Notes: a model not told the origin generated them from the letters alone. A DNA stretch of 64,000 nucleotides from an uncultured bacterium (GCA_963822585.1 CAWGIE010000007.1:160001-224000), one strand, 5' to 3'. Positions 1-10,966 are shown, counted from the stretch's first letter. Numbers and translations are program-made.

Positions 1-1
1 T

Positions 2-202
2 ATCCTGACCATCCACGCCGAGGTGGAGGGAATGAATAAACGGTGGCTGTTCGATGAATTCATCGAGAAGGCACGGAAACGTTCGATCACTTTTACCCCG
101 CTCGGGTCGTTTCTCTCCGCCGATCCCTCCGCTATCCCGACGGGGACCATGGGGAGGGGAACGATCCCCGGACGCGAAGGTTGGGTGGCAATCCAGAAAT
201 AA
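2..202 (+). CDS. arnD: C-terminal part of a polysaccharide-deacetylase-fold Ara4FN deformylase (5' truncated by window edge)
   Basis: Not in ORF track. Frame 2 reads ILTIHAEVEG...ITFTPLG...GTIPGREGWVAIQK*, matching the ArnD C-terminus; lies upstream of an ArnT-like gene. Confidence 0.8.
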   Translation: MLTIHAEVEGMNKRWLFDEFIEKARKRSITFTPLGSFLSADPSAIPTGTMGRGTIPGREGWVAIQK

Positions 203-257
203 GGTAAGCCAGCACTTTAACCGGCGTCCGGTTGAGCGGACGCACTAATGAAAGAGA

Positions 258-1040
258 GTGATCCCTATGATGAAAACCACCGATAACCATCGGAAGGAAC
301 TTCCCCCGATACTCTGGCTCGGTTTTCCCATCGCCAGCCTGTTGATCTTCTGGCTCACGCCCCTGTTGGGGTGTCAGTGGTGGCAATTGCTGATGACCGG
401 CGAACACGGATTTGTCGAAAACGGCACCTTCGTTTTCCTGCTGCCGGCGATTGTCCTGGGTGCCGTCCTGGCAAAACGTTTCCTTCGCTTTCCTCTGCTT
501 TCCTCCCGCTCGGCCCGCATTATGGCCGCGGCGATGCTGGCCTTCGCCGCCTGCGCTTTTTACTTCGCGGGGGAGGAGATCGATTGGGGACAGGTCTGGT
601 TTCATTGGAAGACCCCCGAGCAGTGGGCCGCCGTCAATTATCAACAGGAGACCAGCCTGCACAACATCGAGGGGTTGAGCATCCTGAACAACATACCCCG
701 CTTTCTTCTCCTGATCATCACCATCGTGGGCGGGATTATCCTGCCGCTGCTTCCGACTTTCCGGCGCCGGCCCGGGGAAGAAGGCAAACTCCGGTATTAT
801 CTGATCCCATCCTGGCGGATCATCCCCGCGGCGGTGATCGCCGCCTGCATCTCGCTCCCGCACAAAGCGTTCGAGAAAGGATATGAAAAAATCCACCTCC
901 CCTCCGATTATTCTTTCTCCTACATGGCCTTCGCCGCCAACAGCGGCGAGATGAAGGAATACGGATTCGCCCTGGTGATGCTGCTCTACGTGGTGGGGAT
1001 GTATATTCTGGTCCGGTACCATGATCAATACCAGGCTTAA
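258..1040 (+). CDS. Multi-pass membrane protein of unknown function
   Basis: 260 aa with several hydrophobic segments and a GEEIDWGQ...QETSLHNI loop motif. Confidence 0.7.
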   Translation: MIPMMKTTDNHRKELPPILWLGFPIASLLIFWLTPLLGCQWWQLLMTGEHGFVENGTFVFLLPAIVLGAVLAKRFLRFPLLSSRSARIMAAAMLAFAACAFYFAGEEIDWGQVWFHWKTPEQWAAVNYQQETSLHNIEGLSILNNIPRFLLLIITIVGGIILPLLPTFRRRPGEEGKLRYYLIPSWRIIPAAVIAACISLPHKAFEKGYEKIHLPSDYSFSYMAFAANSGEMKEYGFALVMLLYVVGMYILVRYHDQYQA

Positions 1041-1173
1041 ATTAATCGCGCAGAACAGAAAGTTGCTGATATGGAGTATTGGAGTACTGGGATACTGGAG
1101 TATTGGAAAGAGACGTCTCACTTCCCATTAATTAATCCTCTCCTCAGTAATTACTGCTTCAAATTGAATTCTG

Positions 1174-2838
1174 GTGAACAATTCAAAAAAGTTCGGATAC
1201 GCGGAACTGCTGCTCATGCTGGCCGCCTGTTTTCTTCTTCTCTGGGCGGTCGGCGACCGCGGACTCTGGGCGGCGGAGGGACGATGGGCCGAGATCAATC
1301 GGGAGATGTTCTTAACCGGTGATTTCTTTCACCCCACCATCAACGGGGATCCGTACTTCGACAAACCGCTTCTGACCTACTGGCTGATCTCGCTGGTCTC
1401 CGCGTTCAGCGGGACTCTTAATGAGTGGACCGTCCGCATACCCGGCGCTTTGGCCGGGCTGGGGGCGGTCTGGGCCACCATGCGGCTGGGCCGGCGACTC
1501 TGGTCCCGCCGGACGGGATTGATCGGGGGATGGTTCCTGCTCACCGGGTACGGATTTCTCTTCTGGTCCCGGACCGCCACCGCCGAATCCGAGAATCTTT
1601 TCGCCATTGTCCTCTGCGTCGCCTGGTACTGGGCCCGGCGGGGCCGCTGGAACTTCGGCTCCTTCCTGGTCTTCTGGCTGATCGCCTTCCTGGGAGCGCT
1701 GACCAAGGGTCTGACCGCGGTCATAGTCCCGGTTTTAGCGATCGCCCCGGACCTGCTCCGGGAACGGCGCTGGAGGACCTGGCTCTCCCCCGCGCAGTTT
1801 TTGGCACTGGGGCTGGCGGCCGCGGTTTACCTGGCACCGTTCATCTATGCCTCCCTGACCAGACCTGAATACGGCGAGAGCGGCCTGACCCTGGTCTTTG
1901 AAGAGAATATTCTTCGCTACTTCAAGCCCTTCGACCACAAAGACCCGATTTATGTCTACCTCTACCAGATTCCGCTTCTTTTCCTTCCCTGGACGCCGCT
2001 CTTTTTGGCGGCAGTGGCCGGGACACTTACCGGCTGGAAGCATCTGGATGAGAAGACCCGCTGGCTGATTCAGGCGGCAGCCCTGATCTTCCTCTTCTTC
2101 ACTCTTTCCGGCTCCCGGCGAAGCTATTATATCCTGCCGATCTTCCCCTTCTGCGCTCTCTGGACGGCTGTTTTCACCGTCCATCTTACATCGGGAGGGC
2201 TGCGGCTTTTCCGGCAATGGGGAATCCGTGTCCAGGCGATCCTGGCCGGCATCCTGGCGGCGGGAGCCGTTATCCTCCCCCCTCTCTGGGTCCTTTTTCG
2301 GGGAAGGGTCGCTTTCATCCCTCCCCCTGTTCTTTTACCGGTTATTCTGGCTCTTGGTCTCGGGGCGACGGCTCTGGGACTAGCCAGCTTCCGGGCGACC
2401 CGGTCCTCGCCGCGGACGCTGCCGGCATTGATCGGGATGATGGCGGTTCTTCTGGGCGGGTACTTCTGCTTTATCCTCCCCGCCCTCGATATCTACCGGA
2501 CCGAGCGCGCCTTCGGCATCGAACTGGGGAAAAAGACCGCCGGCATCCCTCCCGATAAGATAGCTTTCTACCCGGATGTCCGGTCGAATATGATCTTTTA
2601 CCTGGATAAGGAACACCCGGTCCGGGTATTCGATGAGGATGACGAGGAAGAGCTGCAAGCTTTTCTGGCGGCCACACCCGGCGCGGTGCTCGTCGCCAAA
2701 CGCCGCTATGAGCCGCGTCTGCGCCCGCTTTTTCCGCCGCGGCGGGTGCCCGGCGCTATGGTTCTGGAGACGGTTTATCCCTGGGAAAAGAAGCGGGCGA
2801 ACGGCCGGCGGGCGGCCTGGTTCTTTCCCGGCAAATAA
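1174..2838 (+). CDS. arnT: ArnT/PMT-family (GT-C) lipid-carrier-dependent glycosyltransferase
   Basis: EGRWAEINREM, YFDKPLLTYW, LTKG and SRRSYYILP motifs; many TM helices. Confidence 0.85.
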   Translation: MNNSKKFGYAELLLMLAACFLLLWAVGDRGLWAAEGRWAEINREMFLTGDFFHPTINGDPYFDKPLLTYWLISLVSAFSGTLNEWTVRIPGALAGLGAVWATMRLGRRLWSRRTGLIGGWFLLTGYGFLFWSRTATAESENLFAIVLCVAWYWARRGRWNFGSFLVFWLIAFLGALTKGLTAVIVPVLAIAPDLLRERRWRTWLSPAQFLALGLAAAVYLAPFIYASLTRPEYGESGLTLVFEENILRYFKPFDHKDPIYVYLYQIPLLFLPWTPLFLAAVAGTLTGWKHLDEKTRWLIQAAALIFLFFTLSGSRRSYYILPIFPFCALWTAVFTVHLTSGGLRLFRQWGIRVQAILAGILAAGAVILPPLWVLFRGRVAFIPPPVLLPVILALGLGATALGLASFRATRSSPRTLPALIGMMAVLLGGYFCFILPALDIYRTERAFGIELGKKTAGIPPDKIAFYPDVRSNMIFYLDKEHPVRVFDEDDEEELQAFLAATPGAVLVAKRRYEPRLRPLFPPRRVPGAMVLETVYPWEKKRANGRRAAWFFPGK

Positions 2839-3120
2839 CTCCGGGAGACCGGGCCGTTTCAATTACCCTGCTGGTTTTTCGTTGACGGAATCAACGGCTC
2901 TGCCTAGATTAGCTGTTTCACCGCTGGTTGACCGTTTCGAAATTTCCCCGATAGGTATCGGTTACGTCTATGGCGCCCAATAATCTTATTTCTCCGGTGG
3001 GAAAATAAAAGAAATCAATCAATTTTGCCGGACTATTTTAAAGTCAATTCGTGTAATTCGCGAAATTCGTAGTTTTTTGTTGCCCGAGCGGAGCGCGGGC
3101 TCGGATCGGGGAAATTTCTC

Positions 3121-3576
3121 ATGGATTGGCTGATCGACGGATATAATCTCCTGATCTCAAACGACCTCGGACATGATGAAGCGTCGCGCGGCCGCTTCCG
3201 GTCCCGGATCGCCGGGCATTTCTCCGGTAAACAGGTCCGGGTCAGCGTCGTTTACGACAGCAAAAACAGCCTCACCATTCAACGGGAGCGGATTACCGGC
3301 AATCTTACTGAAATCTACGTCAGCAACGCCGATCAATATCTCATCGATACCGTAGAGCGGCACCCCCACCCCCGTTCGATCGTCCTGGTAACCGACGACC
3401 GGGAGATCATGGCTCTCGTCGGCAAGAGCAGGCCGCAGCACATGAGTACCGCTGCATTCCTTTCCCTGATCGCCTCCCCCGCTGTTCATCGTCCCCCGGG
3501 ACCGGAAAAACCGGAACGCGACACTCCGGAAAATATCCAGCGCTATCTCCGAATTTTCACGGAGAACGGGCCTTGA
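3121..3576 (+). CDS. NYN-domain (YacP-like) PIN-fold ribonuclease
   Basis: LIDGYNL, VVYD, ADQYL and LVTDDREI motifs. Confidence 0.8.
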   Translation: MDWLIDGYNLLISNDLGHDEASRGRFRSRIAGHFSGKQVRVSVVYDSKNSLTIQRERITGNLTEIYVSNADQYLIDTVERHPHPRSIVLVTDDREIMALVGKSRPQHMSTAAFLSLIASPAVHRPPGPEKPERDTPENIQRYLRIFTENGP

Positions 3577-3601
3577 CAGGAATAAACGGGGGGTGTAGAT
3601 T
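3573..3601 (+). promoter_or_regulatory. Sigma70-type promoter upstream of the MerR/sulfur cluster
   Basis: TTGACA (3573-3578), 17-nt spacer, TAGATT (3596-3601). Confidence 0.6.
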
Positions 3602-3642
3602 GTAACAACAACCTATAAACCATATTTATAAGTAACTTTAAT

Positions 3643-3972
3643 ATGAACTTCACAGATATTCAAAAAAACCACCACGACCAGCCGCTCTTTACCATCGGGA
3701 TTGTTGCCGATATGATCGGAGTCACCCAAACCACGCTCCGTATCTGGGAGAAGAAAGGGCTGATCAAACCCCAACGGCGGGGGAAGAACCGCTATTACTC
3801 GTACCATGACCTGGGGAAACTGAAAGAGATCCATCACCTTCTCCAGGTCAAGAAGATGAACATCGCCGGCGTCAGGAACCTGCTGGAACGGGAACAATGC
3901 TGGGATATCAAGCAGTGCGGGGACCTCAAAGATAATTGCCCTGTTTATAAGGCATCGGTTAACAAGGAATAA
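3643..3972 (+). CDS. MerR-family transcriptional regulator with C-terminal Cys motif
   Basis: FTIGIVADMIGVTQTTLRIWEKKGLIKP..RYYS HTH; tail CWDIKQC-x6-CPVY. Confidence 0.9.
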   Translation: MNFTDIQKNHHDQPLFTIGIVADMIGVTQTTLRIWEKKGLIKPQRRGKNRYYSYHDLGKLKEIHHLLQVKKMNIAGVRNLLEREQCWDIKQCGDLKDNCPVYKASVNKE

Positions 3973-4106
3973 ATCCTGGATATCGGACCTCAAATAACCC
4001 GCCGGGCGAACACCGTGTTCACCCGGCATTGATGTCTCATCTGTCGGATCCGACCGATTCGTCCGATAGGCATAAAATAATCAACGGACTTTAATAGGAG
4101 GCGGCT

Positions 4107-5039
4107 ATGAGTAAGAGAGCGTCAACGGTACTTGACCTGGTTGGAAATACCCCGTTGGTGGAACTCTCCGCCCTGACCGACGGGGATGACGCCGCCATCT
4201 GGGCCAAGCTGGAGAGCTTCAATCCCCTGAGCAGCGTCAAGGATCGAATCTGTCTGGCCATGGTTACTGCGGCGGAAAAAGACGGGACGCTGCGGCCCGG
4301 GGGGACCATTATCGAGCCGACCAGCGGCAATACCGGTATCGGCCTGGCCATGGTTTCGGCGGTCCGGGGATATCGCCTCATTCTCACCATGCCCGATACG
4401 ATGAGCATGGAGCGGCGCAATCTTCTCGCCGCGCTGGGAGCGAGACTGGTCCTCACGCCGGGCAAGAACGGGATGAAGGGAGCGATCGAGGAGGCGAAAA
4501 AGCTCGTTGGGGAAACGCCTTCCGCCGTCATGCTCGATCAGTTTTCGAACCCGGCCAACCCTGATATTCACCGGAAGACCACCGGACCGGAGATCATCGA
4601 ACAGGCGCCGGTACCGGTGGACTCCTTCGTTGCCGGTGTCGGCACCGGAGGAACGATTACCGGGGCTGGAGAAGTACTGAAAGCCCGTTATCCCGATGTG
4701 CTGATCGTGGCGGTGGAACCGGAAGATTCACCGGTACTCTCCGGGGGCAATCCGGGCCCCCACAAGATCCAGGGCATCGGGGCCGGGTTCGTTCCTGAGG
4801 TACTGGACCGGGAGATCATTGACGAGATCATCCTGGTCACCTATGATAACGCCCGGGAGACCGCCCGGCGCCTGGCCGGAAAAGCCGGGATACTGGGCGG
4901 GATCAGTTCCGGGGCCAATGTCTGGGCGGCCCTCCAGGTAGCCCGAAGACTGGGTAAAGGAAAAACGGTTGTCACCGTCATCTGCGATACGGGCGAACGG
5001 TACCTGAGCACCGATCTTTTTAGTTCACATAACGTTTGA
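4107..5039 (+). CDS. cysK: Cysteine synthase A
   Basis: [17 protein letters not shown] lysine, [31 protein letters not shown]. Confidence 0.95.
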   Translation: MSKRASTVLDLVGNTPLVELSALTDGDDAAIWAKLESFNPLSSVKDRICLAMVTAAEKDGTLRPGGTIIEPTSGNTGIGLAMVSAVRGYRLILTMPDTMSMERRNLLAALGARLVLTPGKNGMKGAIEEAKKLVGETPSAVMLDQFSNPANPDIHRKTTGPEIIEQAPVPVDSFVAGVGTGGTITGAGEVLKARYPDVLIVAVEPEDSPVLSGGNPGPHKIQGIGAGFVPEVLDREIIDEIILVTYDNARETARRLAGKAGILGGISSGANVWAALQVARRLGKGKTVVTVICDTGERYLSTDLFSSHNV

Positions 5040-5188
5040 CATCCAGCATCGAACATTGTAGGGGCGATCCTCTGTGTTCACCCGGATGTCCACTCAGTCT
5101 GATCCGTCGGATCCGACAGATCCGTCTGATATCAATCAAAAAAGGGCGGGACGGGGGTAAATTCTCCGTTTAAAAGGGTTATCAATAC

Positions 5189-6394
5189 ATGAGCAAGACG
5201 ATCGCGGAGATAAACGAGAAGATCAAGGCGGGGAAAGCGGTTGTCCTGACCGCCGAAGAATTGATCGCGATGGTCGGGGAAACAGGGGTCGCGAAAGCGG
5301 CGGCGAAGGTGGATGTGGTCACCACCGGCACCATGGGCCCCATGTGTTCCTCCGGGGCTTATTTTAATATCGGCCAGGGGAAACCCAAACTGAAGTTGGG
5401 CGGCGGCCATGCCACCCTCAACGATATCCCCGTCTATACCGGCCTGGCTGCCGGAGACTTCATCGTCGGGGCCACCGCCCTCTCCGAAAACGATCCCCGG
5501 AACAGGATCTACCCGGGCCGGTTCGCTTACGGAGGCGGCCACGTTATCGAGGATCTGGTTTCAGGTAAAGATCTGCGTTTTGTAGCCCATGCCTACGGGA
5601 CTGACTGCTATCCGCGCCGGGAACTCTCCACCTGGCTCAACCTCAAGGATTTGAATGAGGCGGTACTCTTCAACCCCCGCAACATCTACCAGAATTACAA
5701 CGTGGCCGTGAACTGTTCCAACCGGGTCATCTATACCTACATGGGAGTATTGAAACCGAACCTGGGCAATGCCAGCTACTGCAGCGCCGGGCAGCTTTCT
5801 CCGCTGCTCAAGGACCCCCGCTTCATGACCATCGGCATCGGGACCCGGGTTTTTCTGGGCGGGGGGACAGGCTACATTGCCTGGTGGGGCACCCAGCATA
5901 ACACCGCGGTCGAGACCGATCGGCACGGGGTCCCGACCGCGCCGGCGGGATCGGCCGCCCTGATCGGCGATCTCAAGCAGATGAGCCCGGAGTGGCTCAA
6001 GGGTGCCAGTTTTACCGGGTACGGCGCTACCCTGGTCGTCGGGGTGGGTGTGCCGATACCGGTCATCAATGAGGAAATCTGCCGGTGCGCGGCTTTGACG
6101 GATGAAGACCTCATGACCAGGATCGTTGACTACGGCCGGGATTATCCCCAGGGCCGGGACGGCAACTTCGGCACCGTTACCTACGCCCGGCTGAAGAGTG
6201 GAACCATCCGGATCCGGGACCGGGAAGTCCCGACCTCTTCTCTCTCCAGCTATCCCCGGGCCCGGCGCATCGCGGAGATTTTAAAGGAATGGATCCGGGC
6301 CGGGAAATTTTTCCTGACCGAGCGGGTTGCCGATTTCCCCGGTCCCGGCAGCGGATACGCCTACCATCCCCTCAAGGAACGCCCGTTGACTTAA
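5189..6394 (+). CDS. Homocysteine biosynthesis protein (L-aspartate semialdehyde sulfurtransferase, DUF39)
   Basis: KTIAEINEKI, VDVVTTGTMGPMCSSG, YGGGHVIEDLV, GTDCYPR, LFNPRN.YQNY. Confidence 0.9.
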   Translation: MSKTIAEINEKIKAGKAVVLTAEELIAMVGETGVAKAAAKVDVVTTGTMGPMCSSGAYFNIGQGKPKLKLGGGHATLNDIPVYTGLAAGDFIVGATALSENDPRNRIYPGRFAYGGGHVIEDLVSGKDLRFVAHAYGTDCYPRRELSTWLNLKDLNEAVLFNPRNIYQNYNVAVNCSNRVIYTYMGVLKPNLGNASYCSAGQLSPLLKDPRFMTIGIGTRVFLGGGTGYIAWWGTQHNTAVETDRHGVPTAPAGSAALIGDLKQMSPEWLKGASFTGYGATLVVGVGVPIPVINEEICRCAALTDEDLMTRIVDYGRDYPQGRDGNFGTVTYARLKSGTIRIRDREVPTSSLSSYPRARRIAEILKEWIRAGKFFLTERVADFPGPGSGYAYHPLKERPLT

Positions 6395-6460
6395 ATGGAT
6401 GAACAACGCCGATTGGCGAATTTGGCAGGATTGAGATTGCCCGAATACATCCCGAAGAGA

Positions 6461-6615
6461 AAAATTCTAAATCCTAATATCGAAATCCTAAATAAGTCAT
6501 AAATCCAAATCATCGAATGTTCCAAACAGTATAGATCTTGAATTCATTAATTTTAATTTGTGATTTTGAGCATTTGCTATTGTTTAGGATTTCGGATTTA
6601 GAAATTAGGATTTTT
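6461..6615. repeat. Inverted pair of AAATCCT/AAATCCG-type heptamer patches
   Basis: AAATCCTAATATCGAAATCCTAAA ... TTTAGGATTTCGGATTTAGAAATTAGGATTT. Confidence 0.8.
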
Positions 6616-6689
6616 AATTGAAGAGCTTGTTGAACAAATTTCACATTGCAATTAAGTTTGAAATTTAAATCATTCTTGAGAGGCAATCC

Positions 6690-7097
6690 ATGGTCTCCAA
6701 ACGCATAGTTCTGCATTTTCCCAAAGATCTGGTCAGCGTCCCGATCATGAGCCGGCTGGTGAAGGAATACGACCTGGAGTGTAATATCCTGAAAGCGAAC
6801 ATCACCCCTCGGCAGGTGGGCATCATGATCCTGGGCCTGAAAGGAGAGAATAAAAACTACAAGCTGGCAATCGCCTACCTGAAGAGCCTGAAGGTCACGG
6901 TGCAGCCACTCAGCCAGGATGTTACCAGAAACGCGGAGCGGTGTACCGACTGCGGCGCCTGCGTCTCCATCTGCCCCTCCCAGGCCCTGACCAAGGATCC
7001 GGAGACCCAGGAAATTCGTTTTGACAAAAACGCCTGCATCGGCTGTGAGCTCTGCATCCCCGCCTGCCCGATGGGGGCGATGGAAGTGCACTTCTAA
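6690..7097 (+). CDS. NIL domain plus 2x[4Fe-4S] ferredoxin (partner of the DUF39 enzyme)
   Basis: N-terminal NILKANI; two CxxCxxCxxxCP motifs. Confidence 0.9.
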   Translation: MVSKRIVLHFPKDLVSVPIMSRLVKEYDLECNILKANITPRQVGIMILGLKGENKNYKLAIAYLKSLKVTVQPLSQDVTRNAERCTDCGACVSICPSQALTKDPETQEIRFDKNACIGCELCIPACPMGAMEVHF

Positions 7098-7137
7098 CCA
7101 GATTTAAGCTGCCCACCGGCAGCTTAAATCTGGTTAG
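7094..7137. repeat. Perfect 20-bp palindrome overlapping a stop codon
   Basis: CTAACCAGATTTAAGCTGCC-CACC-GGCAGCTTAAATCTGGTTAG. Confidence 0.9.
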
Positions 7138-7284
7138 TTTTGAACAATTTCAGAGGGAGATAATTCGCTCTTTCTGAATTTCAATAACGTAGTGTGAAGT
7201 GTGAGGTGTAACGGGGACAGTTCCATTACACTTTAAACATTACACTTTACACTACAAGTTGCGCCGGAGGCGCTAACTTGTATC

Positions 7285-8481
7285 ATGAAAACAGTTTATC
7301 TCGATCATAATGCCACTACCCCGGTCCGGGAAGAAGTCCTGGAGGCGATGTTTGCTATCTACCGGGGAGTCACCGGCAATCCCTCGAGCATTCATTCATT
7401 CGGACGGGAGGCCCGGAAAGAGGTGGAAGAAGGCCGGGCCCGGGTCGCCGGCGCCATCGGAGCGCGGCCGGAAGAGATCGTCTTTACCGGCGGCGGGACC
7501 GAAGCCGATAACCTGGCCGTCCAGGGGGTTGCTTACGCGTACCGTAAAAAGGGCGACCATATCATCACTTCGACCATCGAACACCCTGCCGTTCTTCATG
7601 CCTGCCGCTTTCTGGAGAAGGAGGGATTCACCGTCACCTACCTCCCGGTCAGCCGGGAAGGATTGGTCGATCCCGCGGAAGTGGAAAAGGCGATCCGGCC
7701 GGAAACTATTCTGATCACGATCATGACGGCAAACAACGAGACCGGCGTCATCCAGCCGATCGCGGAGATCGGGGAGATCGCCCGGAAGAAAGAGGTCCCC
7801 TTCCATACCGACGCCATCCAGGGGTTGGGGAAGATCCCTCTCTCGGTCACGGAACTTAATGCCGGGCTCATGTCCCTTTCCGCTCACAAGGTTTACGGCC
7901 CCAAAGGGGTGGGCGCTCTCTACATCCGCAAGGGGATACGCCTCCGCCCGCTCACCTACGGCGGTCATCATGAGAAGGGCAAGCGGCCGGGAACCGAGAA
8001 CGTGGCCGGGATCGTCGGCTTCGGGAAGGCCTGCGAACTGGCGACGGCCGAGCTGACGCGGGAGGCGGACCGCCTGCGCGTCCTCCGGGACCGCCTCTGC
8101 AGCGATATCTCGGAGCAGATCTCCCATGTCAAGCTCAACGGGGCGCCGGGCCGGAGACTCCCCAACACGCTCAACATGAGCTTCGAATTCGTGGAGGGGG
8201 AAGGTATCCTGCTGGGGCTGGAGGAGAGCGGGATAGCGGCCGCTACCGGATCGGCCTGCACTTCCGGTGAGCTGGCTCCCTCCCATGTTTTGAGCGCGAT
8301 GGGGGTGCCGGCGGCGCTGGCCCAGGGATCCATCCGTTTCTCGCTGGGCCGGGAGAATACGCTGGAAGATATCACCTATACCGCAAAGGCGCTGATTCCC
8401 GTCGTTGAACGCCTCCGGCTGATGTCGCCGTTTTACGACCAGACTCGGGACGGAACGGATTCGGGAGGAGAAAACACATGA
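7285..8481 (+). CDS. nifS: Cysteine desulfurase NifS/IscS
   Basis: YLDHNATTP, GNPSS, SAHKVYGPKG, GSACTS. Confidence 0.95.
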   Translation: MKTVYLDHNATTPVREEVLEAMFAIYRGVTGNPSSIHSFGREARKEVEEGRARVAGAIGARPEEIVFTGGGTEADNLAVQGVAYAYRKKGDHIITSTIEHPAVLHACRFLEKEGFTVTYLPVSREGLVDPAEVEKAIRPETILITIMTANNETGVIQPIAEIGEIARKKEVPFHTDAIQGLGKIPLSVTELNAGLMSLSAHKVYGPKGVGALYIRKGIRLRPLTYGGHHEKGKRPGTENVAGIVGFGKACELATAELTREADRLRVLRDRLCSDISEQISHVKLNGAPGRRLPNTLNMSFEFVEGEGILLGLEESGIAAATGSACTSGELAPSHVLSAMGVPAALAQGSIRFSLGRENTLEDITYTAKALIPVVERLRLMSPFYDQTRDGTDSGGENT

Positions 8482-8861
8482 GTGACGATTCTTTATACAG
8501 TGAAAAAGTAATGGATCATTTTCATCATCCCCGGAACGTCGGGAAGATCGACGATGCCGACGGCGTCGGTACGGTCGGCAACCCGGTTTGCGGCGATGTC
8601 ATGAAGCTGTACATCAAGGTCAATGACAACCGCATCACCGACGCCAAGTTCCAGACCTTCGGCTGCGGCGCGGCCATCGCCACCAGTTCCATGGTCACCG
8701 AGATGGCCAGGGGAAAAACACTGGAGGAGGCGATCGCCCTCTCCAACAAGGAGGTGGCGGCGGCGCTGGACGGCCTCCCCCCGGCCAAGATGCACTGCTC
8801 GATGCTCGGGGAAGAAGCCCTGAAAGCGGCGATTGAGGATTACCGGAAAAAACAAAACTGA
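8478..8861 (+). CDS. nifU: Fe-S scaffold, NifU-N/IscU type
   Basis: GNPVCGDVM, FQTFGCGAAIATSS, LPPAKMHCS; ATGA overlap with nifS. Confidence 0.95.
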   Translation: MSDDSLYSEKVMDHFHHPRNVGKIDDADGVGTVGNPVCGDVMKLYIKVNDNRITDAKFQTFGCGAAIATSSMVTEMARGKTLEEAIALSNKEVAAALDGLPPAKMHCSMLGEEALKAAIEDYRKKQN

Positions 8862-9107
8862 ACGTCCAACGTCGAACGTCCCACACCGAACATCGAACGA
8901 TCCCCAGGAGCGCCTTCCGTTGTCGACCGAATAACCAATAACCAATCTCCAATAACCAATATCCAGATACATTGCGGCGATAGTGGCTGGGATAATTGCA
9001 GATTGGAAGTTGGCCGTTGGAAATTGGACATTCATTATGGGTGGGCGAGGCGAGGGTAATAGTCTTGTCCCAAAATCGTCTTGTCTAAATAAAAGGGCCG
9101 GGAACGG

Positions 9108-10022
9108 GTGACAGACAAAAATATAATCACGAAAATTCGGAAGCTGAAGAAAGAGCGCAACGCCGTCATCCTGGCCCACAACTACCAGGTTAAAGAAGTT
9201 CAGGAGATCGCCGACTTCCGGGGAGACTCCCTGGGACTGAGCCGGACGGCCGCCGAAACGGAAGCCGAGGTCATCGTCTTCTGCGGGGTTCACTTCATGG
9301 CCGAGACCGCCGCCATCCTGGCCCCGGAGAAGACCGTGCTCATCCCCGATCCGGAAGCTGGCTGCCCGATGGCCGATATGATCACCCCGGAGGAACTGCG
9401 GGCGGTCAAGGCCGCCCATCCCGGGGCGGTGGTGGTGACCTACGTCAATTCCAGCGCCGCGGTCAAGGCGGAGACCGATATCTGCTGCACCTCGGCCAAC
9501 GCGGCCGAGGTGGTCGAGTCCATCCCCTCCGATCGGGAGATCATCTTCACGCCGGATAAATTCCTCGGCGCTTACGTGATGAGGAAGACCGGCCGGCGGC
9601 TTATTCTCTACCCGGGATACTGTCCGGTCCACCGCAAGCTCCTCCCGGAAGACATTCGGAGACAGAAGACGCTTCACCCTGAAGCGGTGGTCATGGTCCA
9701 TCCGGAGTGCACGCCGGACGTGATCGCTCTCGCCGACGAGGTCCTCTCGACCTCGGGGATGGAACGGTTTGTCCGGGCAGCGACCGTCGATGAGTTTATC
9801 GTGGGGACCGAAGTGGACATGGTGACCCGGCTTCGGGGCGACAACCCCGGCCGGCGCTTCTTCCCCGCCTCAGAGCTGGTTTTCTGCCCGAACATGAAGA
9901 AGATCACCCTGGAAAAGGTCCTCTGGTCTTTGGAAGAGATGCAGTTCACGGTCACGGTGCCCGAGGATATCCGCACCCGGGCGCGAGCCGCGGTCGAGGC
10001 CATGATCTCTCTGGGAAAATAA
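9108..10022 (+). CDS. nadA: Quinolinate synthase
   Basis: [38 protein letters not shown]. Confidence 0.95.
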   Translation: MTDKNIITKIRKLKKERNAVILAHNYQVKEVQEIADFRGDSLGLSRTAAETEAEVIVFCGVHFMAETAAILAPEKTVLIPDPEAGCPMADMITPEELRAVKAAHPGAVVVTYVNSSAAVKAETDICCTSANAAEVVESIPSDREIIFTPDKFLGAYVMRKTGRRLILYPGYCPVHRKLLPEDIRRQKTLHPEAVVMVHPECTPDVIALADEVLSTSGMERFVRAATVDEFIVGTEVDMVTRLRGDNPGRRFFPASELVFCPNMKKITLEKVLWSLEEMQFTVTVPEDIRTRARAAVEAMISLGK

Positions 10023-10153
10023 AACTGAACGTCGAAGATCGGTCCGATCCGACCGATCCGTCTGATAAGTATCTAAAAACGGGGCTGCGCCGGGGGAAAA
10101 TTCGCGCAATTCGCAGCCCAAATTCGCGCAATTCGCAGATTGGAGAAATACCC

Positions 10154-10930
10154 ATGGAAGAAAAGATTTCGAAGGCGATAATAGAGAAGTACTTTAAAAA
10201 GTTACTGGAGAACCTGTCGGTTGACGTGGCGGTGGTCGGGGCCGGACCCTCCGGCATGGTAGCGGCCCGCGACCTGGCCGTCGCCGGAAAGAAGGTAGCC
10301 GTCTTCGAACGGAAGCTTGCTCCCGGCGGCGGGATCTGGGGCGGGGGCATGCTTTTCAATGAGGTGGTGGTCCAGGAAGACACGCTCCCCCTCCTGGATG
10401 ACTTCGGTGTGACTTACCGTGGCGCCGGCGCCGGCAACTTCACGGTCGATGCGGTGGAACTGGCCAGCGGCCTGATCTTCGGAGCCTGCCGGGCCGGGGC
10501 AGCTTTCTTTAACGCGATCAGTGTCGAGGATATCGTCTTCAAGGAAAACCGGGTGGGGGGCGTGGTTATTCTCTGGAGTCCGGTCAAACGGCTCGAGATG
10601 CACGTCGATCCCCTGGTGGTGACGGCGCGGGCCGTTCTCGACGGCACCGGCCATCCCAGCGAGATCGCGGCCCTGGCGACTAAAAAAGCCGGGATCAGGA
10701 TCGAAACCGAGTCCGGCGGAATCATGGGCGAACGGCCGATGTGGGTCGAAAAGGGGGAAGAGTCCACGGTGGCGGACACCAAGATGCTCTGCCCCGGTCT
10801 CTACGTCTCCGGGATGGCGGCCAACAACGTCAGCGGCGGCTTCCGGATGGGCCCCATTTTCGGGGGGATGCTGAAGAGCGGCCGCAAGGTCGCCGCCCTG
10901 ATCCTGGAGGAACTCGATAAACAATTGTAA
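10154..10930 (+). CDS. thi4: Sulfide-dependent ADP-thiazole synthase (Thi4 family)
   Basis: [36 protein letters not shown]. Confidence 0.93.
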   Translation: MEEKISKAIIEKYFKKLLENLSVDVAVVGAGPSGMVAARDLAVAGKKVAVFERKLAPGGGIWGGGMLFNEVVVQEDTLPLLDDFGVTYRGAGAGNFTVDAVELASGLIFGACRAGAAFFNAISVEDIVFKENRVGGVVILWSPVKRLEMHVDPLVVTARAVLDGTGHPSEIAALATKKAGIRIETESGGIMGERPMWVEKGEESTVADTKMLCPGLYVSGMAANNVSGGFRMGPIFGGMLKSGRKVAALILEELDKQL

Positions 10931-10966
10931 CAACCTAAATCATCTTCTTTATACCAAGAAACTATT

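Noticed and set aside
10023..10153. TPP riboswitch before thi4 (and SAM riboswitch before cysK or the DUF39 gene)
   Set aside because: No aptamer core recognised; the leaders consist of micro-repeat patches.
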